This document shows positions 48,792 to 59,098 of a DNA stretch of 64,000 nucleotides, piece after piece. Numbering within the stretch: the first letter of the stretch is position 1; the number at the start of each line of letters is the position of its first letter. Source of the DNA: Candidatus Nanopelagicales bacterium (GTDB lineage Bacteria > Actinomycetota > Actinomycetes > S36-B12 > UBA5976). A model generated the notes under the pieces. That model worked only from the letters and a program-made list of their open reading frames with translations, ran no database searches and was not told where the DNA came from. The DNA is taken from NCBI GenBank assembly GCA_030834185.1, contig JAURFT010000001.1, positions 14,552-78,551 on the forward strand, in the 5' to 3' direction. Position numbers and translations under genes: made by a program.

Positions 48792-49571
48792 GTGAAAGAA
48801 ACCTCGCTAACCGCACCGCGTCATTGGGTTGAGTTTCAGGACCCTGAAGAACCATTACAAATTTATCGAATTGATCTCACCTGGCTGACCTCTAAATGGA
48901 ATTGCATTTATGGTCGAGGCTGTAAAGGGATTGAAGTTGGGCGACCAAATGATGGCTGCTGTACTCATGGTGCACATTTTTCTGAAAAAGCAGATCAACG
49001 CAATGTTAAAAAATGGGTAGCTCTGCTAACTGAAGAAGAGTGGCAGTTTAAATCTGTTGGTGCCAAAAAAGGCTGGACCGAAAAAGAAGATGGTGCCGAT
49101 AAAACTCGCGTAGTTGAAGGTGCTTGTATTTTCTTGAATCGACCAGGTTTTGCTGGTGGTGATGGTTGCGCATTTCACCGACTTGGTGATCGCATTGGAG
49201 AGCGGCCAATTGATTTAAAGCCAGATGTTTGCTGGCAGCTTCCAATTCGTAGAGATTTTGAAAATCGAAAATTTGAAGATAAGTCAGAACAATTGGTTGT
49301 GCTAATCACTGAATATGACCGACGCAGTTGGGGCGAAGGCGGCGAGGAACTAAATTGGTATTGCTCAAGCAACCCAGAGGCACATACTGCAGCTGAGCCA
49401 GTTTATGTTTCTGAGAAATACACCTTGATCAAATTAATGAACCAAAAGGCCTATGACCTGCTCGTTGAGCATTGCAAAGCCCATGAGGCTGCAGTTGAAA
49501 CTGTGCGTGATTCTCGAGGGCGAAAGCTAATTCCGCTTCATCCTGCTACCGGTGTCTGGGAGAAGTCGTAG
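48792..49571 (+). CDS. Conserved hypothetical Cys-rich protein (possible metal/Fe-S binding)
   Basis: 259 aa, GTG start, divergent from ppx (33-bp spacer). Cys pattern: WNCIYGRGC, DGCCTHGAHF, GACIF, DGCAFH, DVCWQLP. I do not recognise a family with confidence. Confidence 0.5.
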   Translation: MKETSLTAPRHWVEFQDPEEPLQIYRIDLTWLTSKWNCIYGRGCKGIEVGRPNDGCCTHGAHFSEKADQRNVKKWVALLTEEEWQFKSVGAKKGWTEKEDGADKTRVVEGACIFLNRPGFAGGDGCAFHRLGDRIGERPIDLKPDVCWQLPIRRDFENRKFEDKSEQLVVLITEYDRRSWGEGGEELNWYCSSNPEAHTAAEPVYVSEKYTLIKLMNQKAYDLLVEHCKAHEAAVETVRDSRGRKLIPLHPATGVWEKS

Positions 49572-49580
49572 TCTGCTCCC

Positions 49581-50927
49581 GTGGCAAAACCAAAAGCGCT
49601 ATATAAATGCAGTGAGTGTGGCTGGGAATCAGCCAAGTGGTTAGGCAGGTGTGGTGAGTGCCAAGCTTGGTCAACGCTGATTGAAGCTGGTAGATCGCTA
49701 GGCAGCACCCAACCGGTTAAGTTAACAAATTATGCGGTACCAATTACTGATACCCAAATTATGGAAGCGAATAAAACTTCCACCAACATATCCGAACTTG
49801 ATCGAGTGCTCGGTGGCGGCATTGTCCCAGGATCGGTAATTTTATTAGCTGGCGAACCAGGTGTTGGCAAATCAACGCTGCTGCTCGAAGTTGCAGCAGC
49901 ATGGGCTAGAGCAGTTGGTGATTCACTTTATATTTCAGCTGAAGAATCTGCAGCGCAAGTAAAACTACGCGCTGAACGAATAGCTGCAATTGATAATCGG
50001 CTCTACTTAGCTGCTGAAACAGATTTAGCAACAATATTGAGTTTGATTGCTCATCACCAACCAAAATTAGTAATTGTGGATTCGATTCAAACCATCTCAT
50101 CAAGCGAACTTGATGGCGCTGCTGGTGGAGTGGCTCAAGTTCGAGAATCTGCTGCCGCCTTAATCTCAGCAGCCAAAAGATCGCAGACTGCAATTATTTT
50201 GGTTGGGCATGTAACCAAAGAGGGAGCGATTGCCGGACCGCGAATGCTTGAGCACATCGTTGATGTGGTGCTTAACTTTGATGGTGATCGACATACCAGT
50301 TTGCGCATTCTGCGCTCTGTTAAAAATCGCTATGGTGCCACAGATGAAATTGGTTGTTTTGATTTAGCTGAATCTGGATTAATTGAAGTTGCAGATCCAA
50401 GTGAGTTGTTTAGAACTAATCGCGGACAGCCAATTGCTGGCACCTGCCTTACGGTGAGCATGGAAGGGCAGCGTCCTTTGATAACTGAGCTGCAGGCACT
50501 TGTGGCATCTTCGTCTTTAGTCTCCCCGCGACGCGCAACTAGCGGTGTTGATTCATCACGAGTTTCGATGGTGCTTGCCGTTTTAGAGCGAAAAGCTGGT
50601 ATCAAAGTTGCTAAGGATGATTGTTATGTCGCAACTGTTGGTGGCTTAAAAATTATTGAACCAGCTGCTGATTTAGCAATTGCGCTGAGCGTAGCTAGCG
50701 CGGCTAAAGAGCGACCAATTAATCCTGCAATTGTGGCAATAGGTGAAATTGGGTTAACTGGCGAGATCCGGCGTGCATCAAATATTAATCGCAGACTTGC
50801 TGAAGCTGAGCGACTTGGTATGCAACATGCCATTGTGCCAGCTGGCACAACATACAGTGGAAAACTAAACGTGCATCAAGTTGAAGATCTTGCAGCTGCT
50901 CTTGCAGCTTTAACAAAACTCTCCTAA
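49581..50927 (+). CDS. radA: DNA repair protein RadA/Sms
   Basis: 448 aa, GTG start. Zinc finger CSECGW...CGECQAW, Walker A GEPGVGKST, KNRYG motif, Lon-like C-domain. Confidence 0.95.
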   Translation: MAKPKALYKCSECGWESAKWLGRCGECQAWSTLIEAGRSLGSTQPVKLTNYAVPITDTQIMEANKTSTNISELDRVLGGGIVPGSVILLAGEPGVGKSTLLLEVAAAWARAVGDSLYISAEESAAQVKLRAERIAAIDNRLYLAAETDLATILSLIAHHQPKLVIVDSIQTISSSELDGAAGGVAQVRESAAALISAAKRSQTAIILVGHVTKEGAIAGPRMLEHIVDVVLNFDGDRHTSLRILRSVKNRYGATDEIGCFDLAESGLIEVADPSELFRTNRGQPIAGTCLTVSMEGQRPLITELQALVASSSLVSPRRATSGVDSSRVSMVLAVLERKAGIKVAKDDCYVATVGGLKIIEPAADLAIALSVASAAKERPINPAIVAIGEIGLTGEIRRASNINRRLAEAERLGMQHAIVPAGTTYSGKLNVHQVEDLAAALAALTKLS

Positions 50928-50933
50928 AAACAA

Positions 50934-50970
50934 TTAACCCCTAACTTTTTATTTCAAAGTTAGGGGTTAA
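50934..50970. terminator. Bidirectional rho-independent terminator between convergent radA and clpC
   Basis: Perfect 15-bp arms TTAACCCCTAACTTT (50934-50948) and AAAGTTAGGGGTTAA (50956-50970) with a 7-nt loop. T-runs continue from the stem on both strands. Confidence 0.75.
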
Positions 50971-50981
50971 CTAGGTTTTAA

Positions 50982-53483
50982 TTATTCAGCTGAACTTCCA
51001 GCTGGCGCAACCGGTGGGACTTCAGTTAGTTCGCCTTTATTAGTACCGGTAAATTTAAATGCGGCGCTTTCGTCTTCGCCTTCAACGTCAACAAGTACTA
51101 ACTGCCCAGGCACAAGCTCACTGAACAGAATCTTCTCGCTCAAAGTATCTTCGATCTCACGTTGTACGGTGCGTCGAAGTGGCCTTGCGCCAAGCAGTGG
51201 GTCGTAGCCTTTCTTGGCTAGCAGCGCCTTAGCTGCAGCGGTCAACTCAAGACCCATGTCTTTATCTTTGAGACGCTCATCAACTTTTGCAAGCATTAGA
51301 TCAACAATGCTGACAATTTCAAGTTCGCTCAACTGATGGAAGACAACTATGTCATCAATACGGTTCAAGAACTCTGGGCGGAAATGCTGCTTAAGTTCTT
51401 CATTAACTTTTAGCTTCATTCGGTCATATGTTGATTTATCATCATTTACATTTGCAAAGCCAAGGCTGGCGCCCTTCATGATGTCGCGAGAGCCAAGGTT
51501 GGTTGTCATGATAATTACGGTGTTCTTGAAATCAACAACACGACCTTGGGCGTCAGTCAATCGACCTTCTTCCAAGATCTGCAGTAATGAGTTGAAAATA
51601 TCTGGATGTGCTTTTTCAATCTCATCAAAAAGCACAACCGAGAATGGACGACGACGTACTTTTTCAGTTAGCTGGCCGCCTTCTTCGTAGCCAACATATC
51701 CCGGTGGTGAACCAAATAGTCGAGAAACAGTGTGCTTCTCGGAGTATTCACTCATATCCAATTGGATCAAAGAGGTTTCATCACCAAACAAGAATTCAGA
51801 TAGCGCTTTGCTGAGCTCAGTTTTACCTACGCCAGATGGTCCAGCGAAAATAAATGAGCCACCTGGTCGCTTTGGATCTTTTAGGCCAGCACGAGTTCGG
51901 CGGATCGCCTTACTCAACGCAATGATTGCGTCATTTTGACCAATCACACGCTTGTGTAGCTCTGATTCCATCCGCATTAAACGCTGTGATTCTTCTTCAG
52001 TTAGCTTCACAATTGGAATACCAGTTGCAACAGCTAGCACCTCTGCAATTAGTTCTTCGTCAACTTCAGCCACAACATCTAAGTCACCAGCTTTCCATTC
52101 ACGTTCACGATCAGCTTTAGCAGAAATTAGTTGCTTTTCATTGTCGCGAAGTGCTGCTGCCTTTTCAAAGTCCTGCGCATCAATTGCACTTTCTTTTTCC
52201 CGACGAGCATCTGCAATTTTAACGTCGAACTCGCGCAGATCTGGTGGTGCGGTCATGCGACGAATTCGCAGTCTTGAACCAGCTTCATCAATTAAATCAA
52301 TTGCTTTATCCGGCAAGAAGCGATCATTGACGTATCGATCAGCCAAAGTTGCTGCAGCAACAATTGCACCATCGGTGATTGTCACGCGGTGATGAGTTTC
52401 ATAGCGATCACGCAGCCCTTTTAGAATTTCAATGCTGTGGGCAAGTGATGGCTCAGCAACCTGAATTGGTTGAAAGCGTCGCTCTAGCGCTGCATCTTTT
52501 TCAATATGCTTTCGATATTCATCTAGCGTGGTTGCACCAATAGTTTGGAGCTCGCCTCTAGCTAGCATCGGCTTCAAAATGCTGGCAGCATCAATTGCAC
52601 CTTCAGCTGCACCGGCTCCAACTAGAGTGTGAATTTCATCGATAAACAAAATAATGTCACCGCGAGTGCGGATCTCCTTTAGCACTTTCTTCAAGCGCTC
52701 TTCAAAATCACCACGGTATCTGGATCCTGCAACTAGCGCACCAAGATCAAGCGAATAAATCTGCTTATCTTTAAGGGTTTCTGGAACTTCGCCGCGAACC
52801 ACGTTCTGGGCAAGTCCTTCTACTACTGCAGTTTTTCCAACACCAGGTTCACCAATTAATACTGGGTTGTTTTTGGTTCGGCGAGAAAGAACTTGCATTA
52901 CACGTTCAATTTCTTTTTCACGACCAATAACTGGATCTAGCGAACCTTCGCGGGCAGCTTGAGTCAAGTTGCGACCAAATTGATCTAGCACCAACGATGT
53001 TGATGGTGTTCCTTCAGTTGGACCAGCTGCGGCTGGCTCTTTACCTTGATAACCACTTAACAACTGAATAACTTGTTGACGAACGCGATGTAAGTCAGCA
53101 CCAAGCTTTACAAGCACCTGAGCTGCAACACCTTCACCCTCACGGATCAAGCCAAGCAATATGTGTTCGGTGCCAATGTAGTTATGACCTAGCTGCAGTG
53201 CTTCACGTAATGAAAGTTCCAAAACTTTCTTAGCACGTGGCGTAAATGGAATATGACCACTTGGCGCTTGTTGTCCGGGTCCAATAATTTCTTCAACTTG
53301 TGCTCGAACTTGCTCTAGGCGAATTTCTAGACTTTCAAGCGACTTAGCCGCAACGCCTTCGCCTTCGTGAATTAGTCCCAGCAGAATGTGCTCGGTGCCG
53401 ATGTAATTGTGATTAAGCATGCGAGCCTCTTCTTGGGCAAGCACCACTACTCGGCGAGCTCGGTCTGTAAACCTTTCAAACAT
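50982..53483 (-). CDS. clpC: ATP-dependent Clp protease ATP-binding subunit ClpC1
   Basis: I start it at ATG 53481-53483 ([20 protein letters not shown]). It has Clp-N repeats, two AAA+ modules ([16 protein letters not shown]) and a UVR-like linker. Confidence 0.95.
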   Translation of the reverse strand: MFERFTDRARRVVVLAQEEARMLNHNYIGTEHILLGLIHEGEGVAAKSLESLEIRLEQVRAQVEEIIGPGQQAPSGHIPFTPRAKKVLELSLREALQLGHNYIGTEHILLGLIREGEGVAAQVLVKLGADLHRVRQQVIQLLSGYQGKEPAAAGPTEGTPSTSLVLDQFGRNLTQAAREGSLDPVIGREKEIERVMQVLSRRTKNNPVLIGEPGVGKTAVVEGLAQNVVRGEVPETLKDKQIYSLDLGALVAGSRYRGDFEERLKKVLKEIRTRGDIILFIDEIHTLVGAGAAEGAIDAASILKPMLARGELQTIGATTLDEYRKHIEKDAALERRFQPIQVAEPSLAHSIEILKGLRDRYETHHRVTITDGAIVAAATLADRYVNDRFLPDKAIDLIDEAGSRLRIRRMTAPPDLREFDVKIADARREKESAIDAQDFEKAAALRDNEKQLISAKADREREWKAGDLDVVAEVDEELIAEVLAVATGIPIVKLTEEESQRLMRMESELHKRVIGQNDAIIALSKAIRRTRAGLKDPKRPGGSFIFAGPSGVGKTELSKALSEFLFGDETSLIQLDMSEYSEKHTVSRLFGSPPGYVGYEEGGQLTEKVRRRPFSVVLFDEIEKAHPDIFNSLLQILEEGRLTDAQGRVVDFKNTVIIMTTNLGSRDIMKGASLGFANVNDDKSTYDRMKLKVNEELKQHFRPEFLNRIDDIVVFHQLSELEIVSIVDLMLAKVDERLKDKDMGLELTAAAKALLAKKGYDPLLGARPLRRTVQREIEDTLSEKILFSELVPGQLVLVDVEGEDESAAFKFTGTNKGELTEVPPVAPAGSSAE

Positions 53484-53584
53484 TGGGCACCTCCTGCGCA
53501 ATTTCTATGTATTTATAGTAGGCGCAAAACCCATTTTCCACGACCGAGGGTGCCTGCCCCCAACTTCGCCTAGGCTTACCTCCA

Positions 53585-56290
53585 ATGAACACTCCAAACC
53601 TCAGCGGCGCGCCCTCAGAATTAACCATTGGTGCCGCTATCGCCCAATCTGAAGCGCTGCGCGCTGATATTCGCATGCTGGGGCGGATGCTGGGTGAAAC
53701 TCTTATCAGGCACGCTGGGCAAGATCTTTTCGACAAAGTTGAGGTTGTCCGTTCGCTGTCGGCAGAACATCCTGATCAAGTTTTTGACTTTCTTTCGCAT
53801 GAACCAACCGAAACTGCAATTCCGCTGGCTCGAGCTTTTTCACTTTACTTTCATTTAGCCAACATGGCAGAGCAGGTTCATCGTGCAAAAGCTCTTTCTG
53901 CAGCTAGAGCTCAATATGGTGGCTGGCTTAAACGGGTAGAGTATCGAATTAAACTCGCTAATCTTCCAAATGAGATGGTGCAAGAAACTTTTAGCAGATT
54001 AAAGGTTCGCCCAGTTTTTACCGCTCACCCAACCGAAGCTACTCGAAGAACTATTTTGGTGAAGCTTCGTTTCATCGCTAACTTACTTGAGCTTCCAGAA
54101 TCTACAACAAGACAGCAGCGCTTAGCAGAAACAATTGACTTGTTATGGCAAACCGATGAGCTTCGATTAGAAAAGCCAGAAGTTTTAGATGAGGCACGCA
54201 ATGCCATGTTTTACTTCAATGCATTAACAAAAGGTCCGCTAACTGAAGTCCTAAATGAGTTAAGCGCAACAGCTCAAGCTTTAAATGTGGAGATTCCAGC
54301 AACAAACAAGCCGCTCACGCTAGGAAGTTGGATTGGTGGCGATCGAGATGGAAATCCTTTTGTCACTTCAGAGGCAACTAAAACTGTAGTTGAACTGTCA
54401 CGGGTAACTGCGATTGCTGAATTTGATCGCATTATTCAACGTCTATCTGATCAATTAAGTTTAAGCGAGCGACTCAGTTCAAACACAGCTGAACTTCTTG
54501 AGTCTCTAAACCAGGATTTAAGTAACTTAAAAATTAAAGATCGCTATCGCAGATTAAATGCTGAAGAGCCTTATCGCTTAAAAACAATGGCGATGCGAGT
54601 AAAGCTTGAAAATACCCAAACAAAGCTCGCTGCTAACAAAGAACTAGATGGAATAACAGATTATCGAACTCATTTAGAAATCATTAGTGATTTGCAAATC
54701 CTGCAGCGCTCGCTCGCCGCTACAAAATCACTTGCTGCAACCGGATCAATTGATAGATCAATCAGAACTGTCACCGCATTTGGCACCACGCTCTCCATAC
54801 TTGATATCCGCGAACATGCTGCTGCACACACTCAGGTGGTAACTGAATTAATCCCAGATTATGACAAGGCAGATGAAGCTGAACGAACCAAATTGCTATT
54901 GGCCAACTTATCTAACGATTCAGTTAAGCCAAAACTTTCAGCGCCAGCTCTAAAAACTTTTGATACTTTTAAAGCTATTCAAGAAGTCAAAACAAGACAT
55001 GGCGAAGAAGCAATTGAGTCTTACATCATTTCAATGACCAAAGGCATTGATGATGTGTTGGCAGCTGTTTATCTTGCTGATCAAGCTGGGCTGATTAATT
55101 TAAAAAGCAAAGACGTTCAGATAGGTTTTGTCCCACTTTTTGAGACTGTTCGCGAATTAAAACTTGCAGGTGAGCTACTTGACCAGTTGCTTAGTGTTGA
55201 TAAGTATCGTGAAATTGTTTCACTGCGTGGAAACAGCCAAGAAGTAATGCTTGGTTACTCAGATAGTAATAAAGATGCTGGTATTACAACTTCGCAATGG
55301 CAGATCCATCAAGCTCAGCGTGAATTACGAGATGTGGCAGCCAAGCATGGAGTGAACCTAATGCTGTTCCATGGCCGCGGTGGCACAGTTGGTCGTGGCG
55401 GTGGCCCAACTTATGAAGCAATCATGTCGCAGGCAGCTGGAGTGCTCAATGGGCAAATTAAGTTAACCGAACAAGGCGAAGTAATTAGCGATAAGTATTT
55501 ATTACCTAAATTAGCTAAAGAGAATTTAGAACTATTAGTTGCAGCAACAATTGATGCTTCCTTATTGCATCGAGATCCGCAGACTTCAAATGAAGAGCTA
55601 TCAAGGTGGGATCCAATTGCAGATGCCATTTCAGAAGCTGCTCTTAAAAAATATCGTGAGCTATTTGAGCATCCACTACTTCCAGCATATTTTCATCAGT
55701 CCACTCCGGTTGAGCAATTAGCAGCTATGCACTTGGGTTCTAGGCCAGCCCGTAGATCGAACCACGATGCAGGTGTTGAAGATTTACGAGCAATTCCGTG
55801 GGTTTTTGGTTGGACGCAATCACGACAAATCGTTCCTGGTTGGTTTGGAGTTGGCACTGCAATTGCGCACGCGCGCCAGTTAGGAGCAGGCGATGAGCTC
55901 CGGGCTATGCATAAGAGCTGGTCCTTCATGTCTAACTTCTTATCAAATGTGCGAATGACGCTTGCAAAAACTGACATGGTAATCGCAGAGCGATACGTTT
56001 CAAAATTAGTTTCGAAACAAGAACAACAACTATTTGATGTGATTCTTGCTGAACATGCTGAAACTGTAAAACAAGTACTTTGGGTTACAGGTCTTGATGA
56101 GTTACTAGCCGACCAACAGGCGCTAGCTCAAACATTACAAATACGAGATAGGTATTTACTTCCACTTCATATGTTGCAAGTTGATTTATTGGCGCGGCAA
56201 CGTGCAGCTGGGGATACAAGTGCAGACTTATCTCGAGCATTGCTAACCACAATAAATGGAATTGCAGGCGGTTTACGAAATACTGGCTGA
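53585..56290 (+). CDS. ppc: Phosphoenolpyruvate carboxylase
   Basis: 901 aa. Catalytic motif VFTAHPTEATRR, GYSDSNKDAG, FHGRGGTVGRGGGP and the C-terminal GLRNTG. Confidence 0.95.
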   Translation: MNTPNLSGAPSELTIGAAIAQSEALRADIRMLGRMLGETLIRHAGQDLFDKVEVVRSLSAEHPDQVFDFLSHEPTETAIPLARAFSLYFHLANMAEQVHRAKALSAARAQYGGWLKRVEYRIKLANLPNEMVQETFSRLKVRPVFTAHPTEATRRTILVKLRFIANLLELPESTTRQQRLAETIDLLWQTDELRLEKPEVLDEARNAMFYFNALTKGPLTEVLNELSATAQALNVEIPATNKPLTLGSWIGGDRDGNPFVTSEATKTVVELSRVTAIAEFDRIIQRLSDQLSLSERLSSNTAELLESLNQDLSNLKIKDRYRRLNAEEPYRLKTMAMRVKLENTQTKLAANKELDGITDYRTHLEIISDLQILQRSLAATKSLAATGSIDRSIRTVTAFGTTLSILDIREHAAAHTQVVTELIPDYDKADEAERTKLLLANLSNDSVKPKLSAPALKTFDTFKAIQEVKTRHGEEAIESYIISMTKGIDDVLAAVYLADQAGLINLKSKDVQIGFVPLFETVRELKLAGELLDQLLSVDKYREIVSLRGNSQEVMLGYSDSNKDAGITTSQWQIHQAQRELRDVAAKHGVNLMLFHGRGGTVGRGGGPTYEAIMSQAAGVLNGQIKLTEQGEVISDKYLLPKLAKENLELLVAATIDASLLHRDPQTSNEELSRWDPIADAISEAALKKYRELFEHPLLPAYFHQSTPVEQLAAMHLGSRPARRSNHDAGVEDLRAIPWVFGWTQSRQIVPGWFGVGTAIAHARQLGAGDELRAMHKSWSFMSNFLSNVRMTLAKTDMVIAERYVSKLVSKQEQQLFDVILAEHAETVKQVLWVTGLDELLADQQALAQTLQIRDRYLLPLHMLQVDLLARQRAAGDTSADLSRALLTTINGIAGGLRNTG

Positions 56291-56800
56291 TCAGGCCTGA
56301 GGTAATACCAAAAGCATTCGCGTATTGCCTAAAGTATTTGGCTTTACGCGCTCTAAATCTAAAAACTCAGCTACGCCTTCATCTTCAGATTTAAGCATCT
56401 GAAGGTAAATATCATGATCAACAATTGGTCCATCTGTTGGTAAGAATCCAAAACTTCCAAAGAAATCAACTTCAAATGTTAAGCAAAATACACGCCTAAT
56501 CCCCAACTTTTCTGCGCGTTCGATTAAATGCTCAACAACAGCACGACCGATGCCATGACGTTTCATCTCTGGACGAACCGCAACACTTCTCACTTCAGCC
56601 AAATCCTCCCAAAGCACATGCAGTGCGCCATACCCAACTGGTTCTCCGTTTAGTTCAGCAATAACAAATTCTTGGATATCTTCAAACAGGGTCATAATTT
56701 CTTTTTTTAACATTCTACGATCTGGTGCATATTGTCCAATTAAGGATTTGATAAAAGCTACATCAGATGTCTTTGCTGGACGTAAAAGTAAATTAGTCAT
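56291..56800 (-). CDS. GNAT acetyltransferase, short ArgA-type (amino-acid N-acetyltransferase-like)
   Basis: 169 aa. Acetyl-CoA motif RHGIGRAVV. The blocks GALHVLWEDLAEVRSVAV and GVAEFLDLERVKPNTLGN..MLL resemble the short mycobacterial N-acetylglutamate synthase as I remember it. 8-nt overlap with lysS. Confidence 0.6.
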   Translation of the reverse strand: MTNLLLRPAKTSDVAFIKSLIGQYAPDRRMLKKEIMTLFEDIQEFVIAELNGEPVGYGALHVLWEDLAEVRSVAVRPEMKRHGIGRAVVEHLIERAEKLGIRRVFCLTFEVDFFGSFGFLPTDGPIVDHDIYLQMLKSEDEGVAEFLDLERVKPNTLGNTRMLLVLPQA

Positions 56801-58298
56801 TAGGAATTGGCTTCACTAACGGGAATAAAATAGTGTCACGAATACCCTTGCCAGTTAACGCCATCAGCAGCCGCTCAATTCCCATTCCTTGTCCACCTGC
56901 TGGCGGCATTCCGTATTCAAGAGCTTTAATAAAATCTTCGTCCATCCGCATTGCCTCATCATCACCCGATGCCGCAAGCGCTTGTTGAGCTGCAAATCTA
57001 TTGCGTTGATCTTGTGGATCGTTCAACTCGGAGTATCCAGTTGCAAGTTCAAATCCAAAAGTAACTAGATCCCACTTTTCAGCCAATAGCTTGTTGCCAC
57101 GATGGGCCTTAGTTAGTGGTGAAACAGATTGTGGAAAATCCGTATAAAAAGTAGGAAGCACTGTTTTTGATTCAGCTAAATGTTCATAAAGTTCAAGAAT
57201 TATCTGGCCATTTTCCCAATCTGGTTTTAGTGCAATGTCCAGCTTGGCAGCAATTGATTTTAGCTTTGCGGGATCTGTATCAACTTCAATAGTTTCGCCA
57301 ACCGCATCGCTAATAGCAGTGCATACTGGAATTGATTTCCAACCATTAGCAAGATCGTGTTCGACGATGCTGCCATCTTCATTTTCATGCTTAACAACGG
57401 TTGAGCCATAAACTGCAGTTGCTGCAGCGAGCACAATTTCTTTAGTCAGATCTGCCATTGTTGTGTAATCACCAAAGGCTTCATACATTTCAAGCATTGT
57501 AAATTCAGGATTATGCGAGGAGTCTGCACCTTCGTTACGAAAGTTTCGATTAATCTCAAAAATCTTTTCGATGCCACCAACTAATAATCGTTTCAAGTAA
57601 AGTTCAGGGGCAATACGCATATACATTTTCATGTCGTAGGCATTTATGTGAGTTACAAATGGTCGTGCATTTGCACCACCATGCATAACCTGCAACATTG
57701 GGGTTTCAACTTCAGTAAATCCTCGACCTCGAAGTTGCTCACGAATACTTGCAACAGCATCACTTCTTAACTGAACCAATCTGCGAGATTCAGGACGCAC
57801 AATTAAATCTAAGTATCGCTGTCGAACTCTGGCCTCTGCATCAGCTAAACCTTTGTGTTTATCTGGTAGCGGGTGTAAACACTTTGCAGTTAAAACCCAG
57901 CTATTAGCTTTAACGGTAAGTTCACCACGTTTTGTTGTTACTACTTCACCAGTGACACTGACATGGTCACCAAGATCAATATATTCTTTCCAATCACTTA
58001 AAGCAGCTTCACCAGAGACATCTGCTGTAATCATTACTTGCATATCATCACTGGCATCACGCAAGGTTGCGAAAATTAATTTTCCAGTAATTCTATTTAG
58101 CATTACTCGCCCAGCAATGGAAACTATTTCTCCGGTTTGTGAATCAATATCAAGCGAATTGTGTTTGGCTCTAATTTCTGAAACAAGATGGGTGCGAGGA
58201 GCATTGTGAGGGTAGGGATCAATTCCAGTTGTTCTAAATTTGGTCAGCTTGGCCAACCTGATCTGTGCCTGCTCGTCTAATTCTGTCTTATTTTCCAT
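56793..58298 (-). CDS. lysS: Lysine-tRNA ligase (class II)
   Basis: 501 aa with an OB anticodon-binding domain and class II motifs (FRNEG, PPAGGQGMGIERL). Confidence 0.95.
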   Translation of the reverse strand: MENKTELDEQAQIRLAKLTKFRTTGIDPYPHNAPRTHLVSEIRAKHNSLDIDSQTGEIVSIAGRVMLNRITGKLIFATLRDASDDMQVMITADVSGEAALSDWKEYIDLGDHVSVTGEVVTTKRGELTVKANSWVLTAKCLHPLPDKHKGLADAEARVRQRYLDLIVRPESRRLVQLRSDAVASIREQLRGRGFTEVETPMLQVMHGGANARPFVTHINAYDMKMYMRIAPELYLKRLLVGGIEKIFEINRNFRNEGADSSHNPEFTMLEMYEAFGDYTTMADLTKEIVLAAATAVYGSTVVKHENEDGSIVEHDLANGWKSIPVCTAISDAVGETIEVDTDPAKLKSIAAKLDIALKPDWENGQIILELYEHLAESKTVLPTFYTDFPQSVSPLTKAHRGNKLLAEKWDLVTFGFELATGYSELNDPQDQRNRFAAQQALAASGDDEAMRMDEDFIKALEYGMPPAGGQGMGIERLLMALTGKGIRDTILFPLVKPIPND

Positions 58299-58337
58299 TG
58301 GCTAACGGTATCTCGCTTTGGTAGTGGATCGTGGTTT

Positions 58338-59090
58338 CTAATTGCGTTCAAATACTAAACGCAAGCCCTCTAGCGTTAGGTCAGGCTCGACATGAGTAAC
58401 AGTGGTGCATGCTTCAACAACTGTGCTAGCTAGTCCGCCCGTTGCAACAACTGCTTTAACTGGTCCTATTTCAGCAATAATTTGGTTCACCAGTCTATCT
58501 ACCTGCCCAGCAAATCCGTAAAACGCTCCTGATTGCAAGGCCTCTACGGTATTGCGTCCAATTGCAGCTCTGGGCTTTTGCAGTTCAATTTTGCGAAGTG
58601 CTGCAGCTCTGGTTGCTAGTGCATCGATGCTAATTTCAATTCCAGGCGCAAGGGCACCTCCAATAAAATCACCGCTTGCATTTACCACATCTAAATTAGT
58701 TGAAGTACCAAAATCCACCACAATTGCCGGACCGCCATGGCGGTGGAAAACTGCCAACGAGTTGACTATTCGATCAGTTCCTACTTCTTTTGGATTGTCT
58801 GTTGAAATTGAAACTCCAGTTTTAGTTCCAGGTTCAACAATCACTGATTTAACATGACCAAAATCGCGGCTGAGCATTTGTCGCATTTCGCGCAGCACGC
58901 TTGGCACTGTGCTGCAAAGTGCAATTCCAGTTATTTCAGGAGAGTTTGCAGTTAAGGCTCGCAATTGAATCGCATATTCATCAGCTGTGGCATATGCGTC
59001 AGTTTTAATTCGCCATGATCGAGTTAGGTTTTCGCCATCGTAAAGACCAAGCACGATATTGGTATTACCAACATCAATAGCTAGCAACAT
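58338..59090 (-). CDS. coaX: Type III pantothenate kinase
   Basis: 250 aa. N-terminal MLLAIDVGNTN and the VVDFGTS / ATGG blocks of the ASKHA fold. Confidence 0.9.
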   Translation of the reverse strand: MLLAIDVGNTNIVLGLYDGENLTRSWRIKTDAYATADEYAIQLRALTANSPEITGIALCSTVPSVLREMRQMLSRDFGHVKSVIVEPGTKTGVSISTDNPKEVGTDRIVNSLAVFHRHGGPAIVVDFGTSTNLDVVNASGDFIGGALAPGIEISIDALATRAAALRKIELQKPRAAIGRNTVEALQSGAFYGFAGQVDRLVNQIIAEIGPVKAVVATGGLASTVVEACTTVTHVEPDLTLEGLRLVFERN

Positions 59091-59098
59091 AACTCCCC

